From Octopus sinensis (lineage: Eukaryota), in the NCBI RefSeq assembly GCF_006345805.1, contig NC_043003.1, positions 65,844,001-65,908,000 on the forward strand: 64,000 nucleotides of DNA, in the 5' to 3' direction. Both the position numbers and the translations under genes were made by a program. Below, in pieces: positions 13,676-25,900 of the stretch. The notes under the pieces were generated by a model. The model was not told the DNA's origin. It saw only the letters and a list, made by a program, of their open reading frames with translations, and made no database searches. Within the stretch, counting starts at the first letter, position 1; every line of letters starts with the position of its first letter.

Positions 13676-14310
13676 AATTAGAAATATTGCATTCTAAACC
13701 TCTCAGAGAGATTTATACAGTAGCAGCACGATATGGCGATGGTTTGTTGCCAACTTAATGTGGCAGTCACTGAAAAGGGGGAAGATTGCTATTGCTATTT
13801 AGCCCCAGGAAACACCGTTACAATTGGCTATGTGACACAGGCTTTCTGTGTCCTTACGTTTTCAAACAGGGGAGTTAAGCACCTCCTCCCAGCAAAGCCA
13901 GCAGCCAGAGACAAGTTTTGGAGGCATTGCCTTTCATCAGTCTGGAGTAGCTTTGCAGTCTTCCCTTTCTTGGAACTGCCACAGTAAATTGGCAAAAAAC
14001 CGCCACTTTATCGTACTGCAACTTTATATGTCTCTCGGGGAGATTTAGAAATGCAATATTTCTAATTTTGTAGATCAGTGAATATATTTCACTTGACAAT
14101 AAGTTTTCAAAGGTGATGAAGCATCGACCGCTAGCAAGCTAAGCTACTCCAAACTGATGAAAAGCAATGGCTCTGAAACTAGTCTCTGGTTGCTAAGTTT
14201 GCTGGGTGGCAGTTCTTATCTCCCCTGTTTGAAAACGTAAGGACACAGAACGCTTCTGTCACATATCCAACTGGAAACGGTGTTTCCTGGTGCTAAATAG
14301 CAGTAGCATT
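13676..14310. mobile_element. Complex inverted insertion of a hammerhead-motif-bearing (Penelope-type terminal) repeat
   Basis: 13676-13790 is the inverse of about 13960-14068, and 13785-13955 is the inverse of about 14135-14310. Hammerhead-like motifs at 14149-14189 (+) and 13905-13945 (-). Confidence 0.7.
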
Positions 14311-14376
14311 TTTCTCTTTCCTGGGACTGCCACTATTTATATATTTTATTCATATATAAATCGTGATGAAAATATA

Positions 14377-14379
<3 letters not shown>

Positions 14380-14423
<44 letters not shown>

Positions 14424-14580
14424 TATATTTTTTTATATATTTTTTTTATTTTTAATTTTTTTTTTTATTTTATTTTTTTATTTTATTTTTTTTTATTTTT
14501 TTTTTATTTTTTATTTTTTTTTTTATTTTTTATTTTTTATTTTTTTTTATTTTTATTTTTATTTTTTTTTTTATTTATCT
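14380..14580. repeat. (TA)n followed by a ~160-bp T-rich tract with interspersed A
   Basis: Directly visible. Confidence 0.9.
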
Positions 14581-15879
14581 ATTCTTTCATCTAACTTACC
14601 ACTGACTCCTTGACCACTCCCCAAGTATGATATTTTGCGCTATGCCTACCCCCAAAAAGTCCCCACCACCACTCCTTTAAAACCTGCTAAATGTATAAAT
14701 GCTAATACAATTCTTGTTAAATAGCTTCCTGAAGATTTCTCTTGAATGAACAGTACTAGTCCTGTAGAAGCTCCTTCATATAATAAATTAATTTTACTCT
14801 GCTATATTTTACTGCTATGAGTACTTACTTACTGTGGTTAACCCCGGATCAACCCGGGACCTACATATATATAATATATATATATAATATATAATATATA
14901 TTATATATATATATATATATATTATATATATTCATGCATATATGTTTGTATATATTTGCATATGCGTATGTACGTGTGTGTGTGAGCTTTCGTTTTGTCA
15001 CGAAGTGAAGCACTGATATTTTCATTTTACGTATTCTTTGGAAGTTACTATGAAATATGGCGTCGTGACATTTATATGGGGATGAACGTTCTAAAATGTT
15101 TTCCTAGTAATATAAGCATAAACCTTACACTTTCTTTACACTTATATCGATACACACACATACATATACATACATATATATATATATATATTCTGACTTA
15201 CGGGAATAGTATGTCAATACAATAGTCAATGGTTGTGAGTCGGATGTGTAAATTATAATTCCCCCGGGGCACTTTGATAAGAAATGTATTCTCTTAGAAG
15301 TAAGTTTGTATAATTATATTTACATGAGAATGGTATTGGTGCTATTTAAAAAAATCGCATAATGTTCATGGGATTCAATAGTGCTAGCGACATAATTTGC
15401 CTTTCACACTTTAGCACGGATTTTGATTGATGGATATTTATCCTTCTTCATTTCAACATGTCTCCTGTAAGTCTTCTTGAATGCATTTCTCAGTTTTTGG
15501 GCTCTTATATAAGGAAATTTAAAAAAAAATATTCAAGAGCAAATATCTTATTTTCTATACATCATATACGTATAAATATTGATAGTAAATTTTGGCACAA
15601 GGCCAGCAATTTTGGGGGAGGTGTAAGTCGATTAAAACGATCACAGCGTTCAAGTGGTTCTTATTTTATCGACCCTGATAGTATCAACGGCAAAGCTGAC
15701 CTCGGCGGAATTCGATCTCAGGACGTAAAGACAGGCAAAATGTAGTTAAGAATATTGCTCCGCGTGCTAGCAATACTGCTCGTTGGCCTTCTTTTGTGCG
15801 TATAAATATTAATTGTAAATTTTATCTTTATTAAAACTGTAAATCTCTCCAGCTTGCTGATTAATAGTTATATCCAAAT

Positions 15880-16280
15880 AAGCTGGCGAGCTGGCAGAAA
15901 CATTACCACGCCGGGTGAAATGTTTTGTCGTATTTCGTCCGCCGCTGCGTTCTGAGTTCAAATTCTGCTTAGGTCGACTTTGCCTTTCATCCTTTCGGGT
16001 TGATAAATTAAGTACCAGTTATGCACTGGGGTCGATATAATAGACTTAATCCGTTTGTCTGTCCTTGTTTGTCCTCTCTGTGTTTATCCCCTTATGGGTA
16101 GTAAAGAAATAGGTATTTCCTCTGTTTATACATTCTGAGTTCAAATCCCGCCGAGGTCAGCTTTGCCTTTCATCCTTCCAGCTCGATACGTTAAATACCA
16201 GTTGCCTACTGGAGTGGTTCTAATCGACTGCCATCTCCCCCAAAATTTCGGGCCTTGTGCCAAGAGTAGAAAATAATATT
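15880..16280 (+). mobile_element. Dimeric SINE family 1
   Basis: Head, monomer with tail B (…GGGTAGTAAAGAAATA), then a headless monomer with tail A (…GGCCTTGTGCC.AGAGTAGAAAA). Confidence 0.85.
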
Positions 16281-16399
16281 TCTATATATTAATATTTACA
16301 TATATTCAAATATCGAAGTAATAAGGTTAAATAAAATTTTATATCATAATTCCTATACGCCTTTCAAAATTGTTAGTTTGGAACTCTGCAATAGGTGTA

Positions 16400-16830
16400 C
16401 GTACTCTTTACTTGTTTCAGTCATTTTACTGCGGCCATGCTGGAGCTCCGCCTTTAGTCGAGCAAATCGACCCCAGGCCGTATTCATTGTAAGCCTAGTA
16501 CTTATTCTATCGGTCTCTTTTGCCGAACCGCTAAGTTACGGGGACGTAAACACACTACCATCTGTTGTCAAGCGATGGTAGGGGACAAACATAGACACAC
16601 AAACATATACACAGACACATACACACACATACAAGCCTCAAAGGCCTTCAAGGCTCAAAATTCTTCATGCACCCCTCGTGTGTCTATATATATATATATA
16701 TGACGGGTTTCTTTCAGTTTTACCAAATCCAATTACAAGACTTTGGTCGAACCGAGGTTAGAGTTGAATACACTTGCCCGAGGAACCATGTAATTGGTAA
16801 GCAACATCTCACCACAGAGCCATATCTGAG
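16400..16830 (-). mobile_element. SINE family 2
   Basis: Reverse complement of the family-2 tail (TTTTACTTGTTTCAGTCATTT.ACTGCGGCCATGCTGGAGC) through the head. Confidence 0.8.
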
Positions 16831-19800
16831 TTTTTAAATACTCACATATATTCCATTATATTTATATATCATTTCACTACGTATTAACAAATATTTTCAA
16901 TACTATATTAGCCATGTTTTATCTTTCTACATAGTGTGGGGTGTAATATGAAATTAAGAAGTATTCGAACTCAGGGTGTACTTTGCAACATATATACATT
17001 CGTACTGTGTAGACCGCTGCCTTCTATTGAAGAAGCACTGCTTTATTTATGTGTATTTTAAATATAGACTTTGGAAATGCATTCCGCATTATATATGTGT
17101 CTACTGTTTTTCTTTTTTCTTTTCAATAATCTCTCAACATTATACGATTATTTATTTTGACTGAGGAATAAAATAATATAAACTAGAAGTTCAAGTTGAA
17201 ATGGATTCAGGTTCTTTTTCTTTTATATACTTGAATACAACTGAAGTTTATTGAATCAATAGATGAATATTGGTAATTGCAGTGAGGACTATGGTATAGC
17301 CATGAATAACATGACAAAATCAGGCGTCATATACATTACAATGTTTCATAGAGTAAAAGGGTTATAAATTATTGGATTTTTTTGTAAATTATGCAGTGAA
17401 TCACCGATTTGGCTATCCTTGATAAGTGGTATATCATTAGATGATTTCTATTCTTGAATTTCTAGGGTGATTTCGTATTTCATTCTAGAAAAATGAATTA
17501 AATTAGGTGCAGTAGATGAAAGTTCGTTCCAGTGTAAATGAAAACTAATCAAGTTGTCTACAAAAATGAAGACGAATCAATAGAATCTCCACCATTTAAA
17601 GAAGATATCGCAGTCGATAAGTTTACCGCTGCTAGCGAGCTAACAGCAACAACAACAACGACAGCAACAACAACAGCAACAATGGCAATAGCAGCAACAA
17701 CATCAGTAATAATGACAATTCAATAGGGAATGTTATTATGAATATGACAGTAGATGCTCCAAACAGTGCTGCTGTGATGTAGTAGCTCCGTCTACTTTTG
17801 ACGACACGCCATACCGAGATATTCCACAGCTTTGAAAGCATACATATTATCCTGGTGAGAAAAGCAATTTCTACGAATCTACCAAAGTTAAGTTCATTTT
17901 AACGAAAGCCTTCGGAAACTGACAGCTTTCCATGCAGAATATTTATCTCCCATGTGTGTATGCCCTATATGCATATTGAAAGCATTTGACTGTCAAATAG
18001 TTGCCTAATTCACTAATTTCATGGCCCTGTGTAGTACATATCCACAGTGTGAGAAGTATGAGCAGTGGATAATTACAAATGTCTCATAAAAATCGCCATT
18101 TATTTTGGATTTAACTCTTGCTGAGAAGGAAGACTGGAGGTTATGGATTCATTTTAGTGCGTAGCATTAGAAGCATTCTATTAGGAAAGCATCGTTAGGT
18201 AAAGATACATTATCGTTCTTTTTCTTTTACGGAAGCGTGATGGTTAAAATAAATTACTAAGGTACCATGGAAACAAGCCATTAGTTACATGATGACACAT
18301 GGTCTAATGGTTCTGGTGTTGCACTCACGATCTCAAGACCGTGGGTTCATTTCCTAGACCGAGTGGAGAGGTATGTTCTGTTGCTCAACAATCACCTCGA
18401 CACCTGACTCGTGATACACCGTGTACCTGTTCAAGCAACGTCGATTTGATGGAGGAAGTGAGTTAATACACAGAATATGAATTCGATCACTCTAATACTT
18501 CGTCTACGACGGGAGTGTCCGCCATACTGGTTTCTTATTTTAGTAGAAAGTAATTTTTAGGAAAGTGCTTTTTCTCAACCACCGAACCCAGTACTAGACT
18601 TTTACTTTCATCACAATTTCTGGAGAGATATAATACAAAGCTGAGTTCAGTGGGGTTTGAACTCAGGATCAAAATAACCGGGAGAAAAGACAGAAGTCAT
18701 TTTAGCTGATGTTCTAACGATTCCACCAAGCCTCAAAACCTATTACCATAAATACTTTTGCGCGAAGTCGTTTGCGGATAACATCAACAGTAGTACTTGA
18801 CTGCTAATTCATATTTATAGGTGATGAAAACGACGAATTATGAAGTTAATCTCGGCGGGTCTCAAGCTCAAAATAGGAAGAGTCGTAGCAAATACCACAA
18901 AGTAAATTATCCAGCGCTGTAACAATTCGCGCAACATAACACTTTATTTGTAGTTACTATGAATAAGAATAATAAACATGTCTGTAGTTTTAGTTCTTTT
19001 GTCTCTCTTTTTTTTTTTTTTTTTTTTGAAAATCTGAAAACATCTGCAATTTTCATAATTTCAGAACACAGAAATTTTTGAAGTACGAAGGAAAAAAAAA
19101 AAATTGACACTTGTTCTATAATCGCTCAATCAATGTTGGAAACGTGCCAAAAATGTCAGCGTTTACATACGATAGACGCTTAATTTGCCGCACGTTAATA
19201 ATAACAAATTTGCCAAAGGGGAATAAAGATTTAGTGACTGAACTGAATCTATCACGGTACAAAATATATATATTGAGCATAAAATAGAACCGAAATGTTA
19301 GTATTAATCTATTGTTGCATTAGTTTATTGTGGCCCGAATTTACAGCATTTCAATATGCGATTTCAGAAATTATGTCGTCTGAAGGCACAACTTGCAAGT
19401 GTTAATTCAGACAACAATGACGATTTCCGGCTCTGTGGATGAAAGCGATGAATGCGCAGACTGAATGGTTTTCTACTACGATTATTATTATTATTTCTTT
19501 TTTTTAATCAATCTGTCTATATTCTATACCTTTGTAATGAAATAATTTTCTATTGAATGGGACATATATATTAAAAAAAGTAAACGGCAACAATGAGAGA
19601 ACGAAAATACACAAAAATAGTTGAATAAATAACAAAGGATTTGATTGTGAAAAGATCTGATTCAGCGAATTGAAGCAATTTTGTTTCCCAATTATTTTCC
19701 AATTAACATTGTTTGTAAATAGCTGCGAATATTTCTATAAAGTAATGGACGACTGGTGTAAAACAATAGAATTTTTTTTGAAACGGCTGTCTTTTTTACT

Positions 19801-20123
19801 GAAAGCTATTTCGCGTTACTAATATTATCTATTGGAAATGTATGTCCATCACCAATTCCTATTACTACCGATAATGAGTTAGGTTATCAATATATCTAGA
19901 AAATATAGAATCTACTATTCTGACAACCGAATCCTAATATCATGAGATATTGTTTTCATGTATACTACCGAATTTACTAAAAGGTGTGAAAAAATTAGGT
20001 ACTGGCATATCTGATCCACAACCTCATTGCTTCAGGTCCAGCAAGGGACTTCTACAATAGTCTCGGGTCGGTTAATGTCTTCTGAGTAGATTTGGCAGAT
20101 GAAACTGAGAGAAGGCCGTCGTT

Positions 20124-20124
<1 letters not shown>

Positions 20125-20199
<75 letters not shown>

Positions 20200-20218
20200 T
20201 AGATAGATAGATAGATAG

Positions 20219-20280
<62 letters not shown>

Positions 20281-20293
20281 ATATTATATATAT

Positions 20294-20328
<35 letters not shown>

Positions 20329-20356
20329 TAGATAGATAGATAGAGATAGATAGATA

Positions 20357-20392
<36 letters not shown>

Positions 20393-20395
20393 TTA
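20125..20395. repeat. Compound (TA)n/(GATA)n microsatellite
   Basis: Directly visible. Confidence 0.95.
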
Positions 20396-21703
20396 GAGAC
20401 ACGTATTCTCTAAATCATTCCTTCTTTAAACTCCTTTGTTGTCAGCACCTGAAATGTAAAATTCTTACCTGAAGACGGAGGCTGGTATTATCCGATGATG
20501 GAATCAAGTTACAAGGATTATTTTGGACTACTAAGCCCCAACCCGAAGCAGCTGTTGGTCTCGTAAAACTCCTTCACAACTCTTTTATTCCCCGATATCA
20601 TTCCTATTCTTTGTAAGTCAGACTTTTTTATATGTATACATATGTACACTTTTCTCTATCGAATTGCCTAATTTGCTTGTCCTTACATTTACTCCAATAC
20701 ATATATATAAGCACAAGTCCGAACAAGGTTATGTATGGAAAACCACAGTCGCCCGTGCATACCAGCTTCCTCTCTACACGTGATGAAGGAAAGGCAAAGG
20801 CCGATACAGCCTGGCACCAGTAACGATTTAGTGAAAGTACATTTTAATATACTTTGATTATATCTTTTCCCGCTCTGTGCCTTTAATATCCATCTAGATC
20901 TCATGGTGGCATCATATGGTTTCTAGTGTAGGCCCCTTTATTTGATAATAATAAAGGAATTTATGTCACCCATATCCTACCTCTTTTTCTGGACATTCAC
21001 CACTATCTCATTGACTCCTTCTGATATCTGTTTCTTCACATGGCCAAGGGAATTTATAGCCATATGGAATTAAGGTTTGGGAGAACATCTAATAATATTT
21101 ATTTATGGCCAGCTGCTAGATCTGAACTGTCAACTCCTAGTGGTCTTAATTCTCAATAAACGCAGTATACTAGCTGCATTAGACCATTTGATGATGATAA
21201 GGAGATAGATAAAAATTTGGAAATGAATTACAATCCCATGCCCCCCACCACCACTGCGATACACTTATGCAACTCCAAAATTGTAGTTGTTTTATATATA
21301 TATATACACACATACACATACATATATATTTACATATACAACTATGTGTTTATATCTATGTATGTATATATAAGGAGTACGTGTACTGTGCATATATGTG
21401 TGTACGTGTATGTATATACAGTTTCTGTGTATGCATGTATGTGAATATGTATGCAGAAGTGTGTTCATCTAATGTTTGTCCCCACTGCAGCTTGGAAAAT
21501 TGTGTTTCTTATTTACACCAACTAATTTACTGTTTCGGCAAAGACGGACTGATTGTGTAAGTGGCAGACACAATAGTAAATAACGGGGTGATTTACTTGA
21601 CAAAAAGAAATTCAAGGCGGTGACCCCAAATCGCCCTTGTCTAAGGAAAGGAACAAGTAAAAGATGCAAAAGATAAAAGAAATGTAATGAAAAATACTTA
21701 TGA

Positions 21704-22078
21704 AAGCGTGGCTGTGTGGTAAGAAGCTTCCTTCCCAAGTACATAGTTCCGGGTTCTGTCCACTGCGTGGCACCTTGAGCAAGTGTCTCCTACTATAGCT
21801 TCGGGACAACCAAAGCCTTATGAGTGGATTTGGTAGACGGAAACTGAAAGAAGCCCGTCGTATGTACATATATATATATCAGTGTGTGTGTAAGTGTGTG
21901 TGTCTGTGTTTGTCTCTACACTATCGCTTGACAACCGATGTTTGTGTGTTTATGTCCCCGTAACTTAGCGACTCGGCAAAAGTGACTTATAGAATAAGTA
22001 CTAGGCTTACAAGGATTAAGTTCTTGGGCCGGTTTGTTCGACCAAAGGCAGTGCTCCAGCATGGTCGCAGTGAAATGA
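21704..22078 (+). mobile_element. SINE family 2, full length
   Basis: GCGTGGCTGTGTGGTAAGAAGC (box A), GGGTTCTGTCC (box B), CACCTTGAGCAAGTGTC (CORE-like), internal microsatellite and tail. Confidence 0.85.
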
Positions 22079-22099
22079 ATATAATATTTTTGTTCTGTC

Positions 22100-22485
22100 A
22101 TTCTTTTACTTGTTTCAGTCCTTAGACTATGGCTATGCTGGGACATCGCTTTGAATTTTGAGCCGAGTTTGTCGACTCCAGTACTTATTTGTTAAGTCGA
22201 TAGAAGTTTATTCCCAAACCGCTAATTTACGGGGACATGAACACACCAACATCGGTTGTCAAGCGATGATGGGGGCGTTAACACAGACTCAGAAACACAC
22301 TCATACATAAATAGGCATATATACGACGGGCTTCCCTCAGTTTCCGTCTCCCAAATTCACTCACAAGGCTTTGGTCAGCCCAAGGCTATAGTAGAAGACA
22401 CTTGCCTAAGATGCCCTGAAGTGAGACTGAACCCGGAACCATTTGGGAAGAAAACTTCTTACCAGACAGCTATGCCTGAGCCTAC
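22100..22485 (-). mobile_element. SINE family 2, full length, tail-to-tail with the previous copy
   Basis: Reverse complement of 21704-22078, separated by about 20 bp. Confidence 0.85.
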
Positions 22486-22531
<46 letters not shown>

Positions 22532-22884
22532 CTCATTCCAAATACAAACACATACACGCACGTGCACACACACACACACACACACATACTCTATTTCTCA
22601 CTTTCTCCTCATCCATCACCCTCTTGTACTGTCTTATATTCCTCCCCACCACTACAAACTCAATAACACTGTAAAATGGTCAAAACTTTTCCCACAGGAA
22701 CTTTGATTTGAAAACCCAACTAGAATAGGAAAAAGCCCTAATATATGAACTAAGTTATCTAATGTATAAAAAATGTAATATACAAATAAATACCTGTAAA
22801 TATAAACCATCCGATTTTCTGAGTACCTCATTTCTTCTAATATAAAATACCTGTACATTATCTCCAAACCTTTCAATAAATATT

Positions 22885-23190
<306 letters not shown>

Positions 23191-24544
23191 TGTGTGTAAG
23201 TAAATGACTGAGAGCGCGCGTTGTTAGAAGCTCGATATTTATGGTAGAATGGATCGGGAGTTGAAACGATGTGTAGTAGAAGAAGCGTGAAAATAATCTT
23301 GATATGTAGAACAATTCTTCTTAACACTAAGCACTTGAAAACAATGCTTTCATCATGTAAAGTTATAAGACAGCAAACGATATTTCTTTCTGTTATTTTC
23401 CATAATATATCTACTCTACTTTTTCGTATTATATGCAGAGAAATTGTGCATAAAGAAAAAAATTTTAATTCAGTCTAGTTTTCAGAAAGTTTCTATGGAA
23501 TTTCGATTATAATTTGAATTATAGAATATTTGTTATGATACCTAAAATTTTATCATATCGTCAGTCTCCATAGGATACCGCCTCCACAATCGATACAATA
23601 TAAAGCGAAATAAGGAGATCGGCAGAAAGCAAAGCTTTTAGATAAAAGTGAAGTGGTGCATGTATTATTTTACAGAATATTTTTTTTTCATGTAAATTAA
23701 ATGCTGCAAGCCGTATCGATATTGTCTGACTACCGAACGAATTTTTCATAATATATATCCAATACATGTTCCACATAACATGCGTATAACAAAGGGATTC
23801 GACTCCGAAATACTTTGGATGGCAAACGTTGTAATAATTATGTGTGAAACAATTTAATGTGGAAACAACAAACATTATTGAACTGTTTCTTTGCTGACAA
23901 GCTGAGTGAAAGAACTTTCCACGAGAAATTCTTTCATCTAAGGGACATGCAAAAATTCATATACATGAAAATGTCTGCTAAAATTGTGAATAACTAGCGG
24001 TTCGTATTCTCTCAGGTGTTGCTTTACCTCTTGGGTTTAGACTTATTATTCTCATCGGAAGACACAGTTTAACTCATAAATACATCAAGCAATGATATTC
24101 GCTGCTTAAACCAGCGCCATTTATAATACAACTAAATAATTACATTAATATTTTTGATATACTGAAGAATTTATGAGTCTTAACTGGTTTCTTTATCGTA
24201 TAAATCCTGGTATATACAATCATTCGTGTTTTCCTTTTAGTCTGAGAATTCCTACCCAGGATTGTATTGGAGTGCATGTTTCAGTTTAAATCAAAATTTG
24301 TTGTGATATAGCAGTGATTGGCAGAATTTTTCAACCCACATATAACTATATATAACAGTTATGCCAATTATGAGGACAATTAACATTTTGCAAATCAGGC
24401 GCAGTATTGATAAATAATTAGCCTTAGTTAGTCTCCACTGTACGTATATCCAAAGAACGGGAAACGTGTAGCAAACCTTACTCTGGCTGTCCTTTCTTGC
24501 TCTCTCTCATTACGTGATAGAATGCTGTAAGACAGTATGCTGTT

Positions 24545-24546
24545 TC

Positions 24547-24626
<80 letters not shown>

Positions 24627-24754
24627 GTCTGTCTGTCTATCTGTCTGTCTGCCTGTCTGTATGTCTATCTATCTATCTATCTATCTGTCTACCTACCTGT
24701 CTATCTATCTGTCTATCTATCTGTTTATCTATATGTCTACCTATCTATCTATCT

Positions 24755-24790
<36 letters not shown>

Positions 24791-24805
24791 CCTATCTATC
24801 AATCT
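24545..24805. repeat. (TCTA)n/(TCTG)n microsatellite
   Basis: Directly visible; similar tract at 52790-52950. Confidence 0.95.
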
Positions 24806-25299
24806 ATGTGCGTGTGTGTATGTATGTTTGTGTGTACATATTTGTATGGTTATATTTAAGCATTTGCGCATACTATCGCTTACTTTTGAGTATGTCTGTC
24901 TGTGAATGTAAGCAATCAGGTGATATGAAGAAATGATATTTAATCAGCAATGGACAGAGTCAAGCGTTGCCAACTTATTATCTCGCTTATCTATGACTAT
25001 GCATTCGATATTAGGAAGAGGAAAATAAAAGAATAATATTTTATGTATTTTGTAGTTTGTCACATCTTTGAAGTTTAAAGTATTAGAAAACGTAATTGCA
25101 TTACGACGTTGCTATCATATTCTCCCATGTATTCGATATGCAAAAACAAAAGTAACAAAGAAAACATGTGGATATTTTGTTGAATTTTAAGGCTAATTTA
25201 ACTCTAGATATTAGTCGTATGTGTTGGTAATACAAAACTAATCTCGTTTGACCGGGTTTACATCTTGTACTTATTGAACCTAATACAGAACCTGAAAAT

Positions 25300-25900
25300 A
25301 GCAGCGAGCTGGCAGAATCGTTTGCGCGCTGGATGAAATGCTTAGTGGTATTTCGTCTGCCGTTACGTTTTGAGTTCAAATTCCGCCGAGGTCGATTTTG
25401 CTTTTCATCCTTTCGGGGTCGATTAAATAAGTACCAGTTACGCACTGGGGTCGATATAATCGACTTAATCCGTTTGTCTGTCCTTGTTTGTCCTCTCTGT
25501 GTTTAGCCCCTTGTGGGTAGTAAAAAAAAAAGGTATTTCGTCTGTCTTTACGTTTTCAGTTCATATTCCGCAGAGATCAACTTTGCCTTTCATCCTTTCG
25601 GGGTAAATAAATTATTTACCAGTTGTGTACTGCTGTCGATCTAATCGACTGGACCCCTCTTCCGAAATTTCGGGCCTTGTGTCTAGAGTAGAAAAAGTTG
25701 TTTGCACTCCGGACAAAGAACTTAGCAGCATTTTGTTTTTCTTTACGTTCTAAGTTGGAATTCCCCCGTTGTCGACGTCGTATTCTATTCTTTCGGTGCG
25801 GATAAATTAAGAACCAGTTGACACTGGTGTCGATGTAATCGGCTTACCCACCTTCTCTGAACCTGCTGGCCTTGTGCCAAATTTTGAAACTAATATTGAA
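25300..25900 (+). mobile_element. Trimeric SINE family 1 array
   Basis: The same dimer junction, followed by a third decayed monomer. Confidence 0.8.

Noticed and set aside
20461-20500. CTGAAGA-CGGA...TCCG-ATG as a hammerhead
   Set aside because: There is no GAAA box and no convincing stems I or III.
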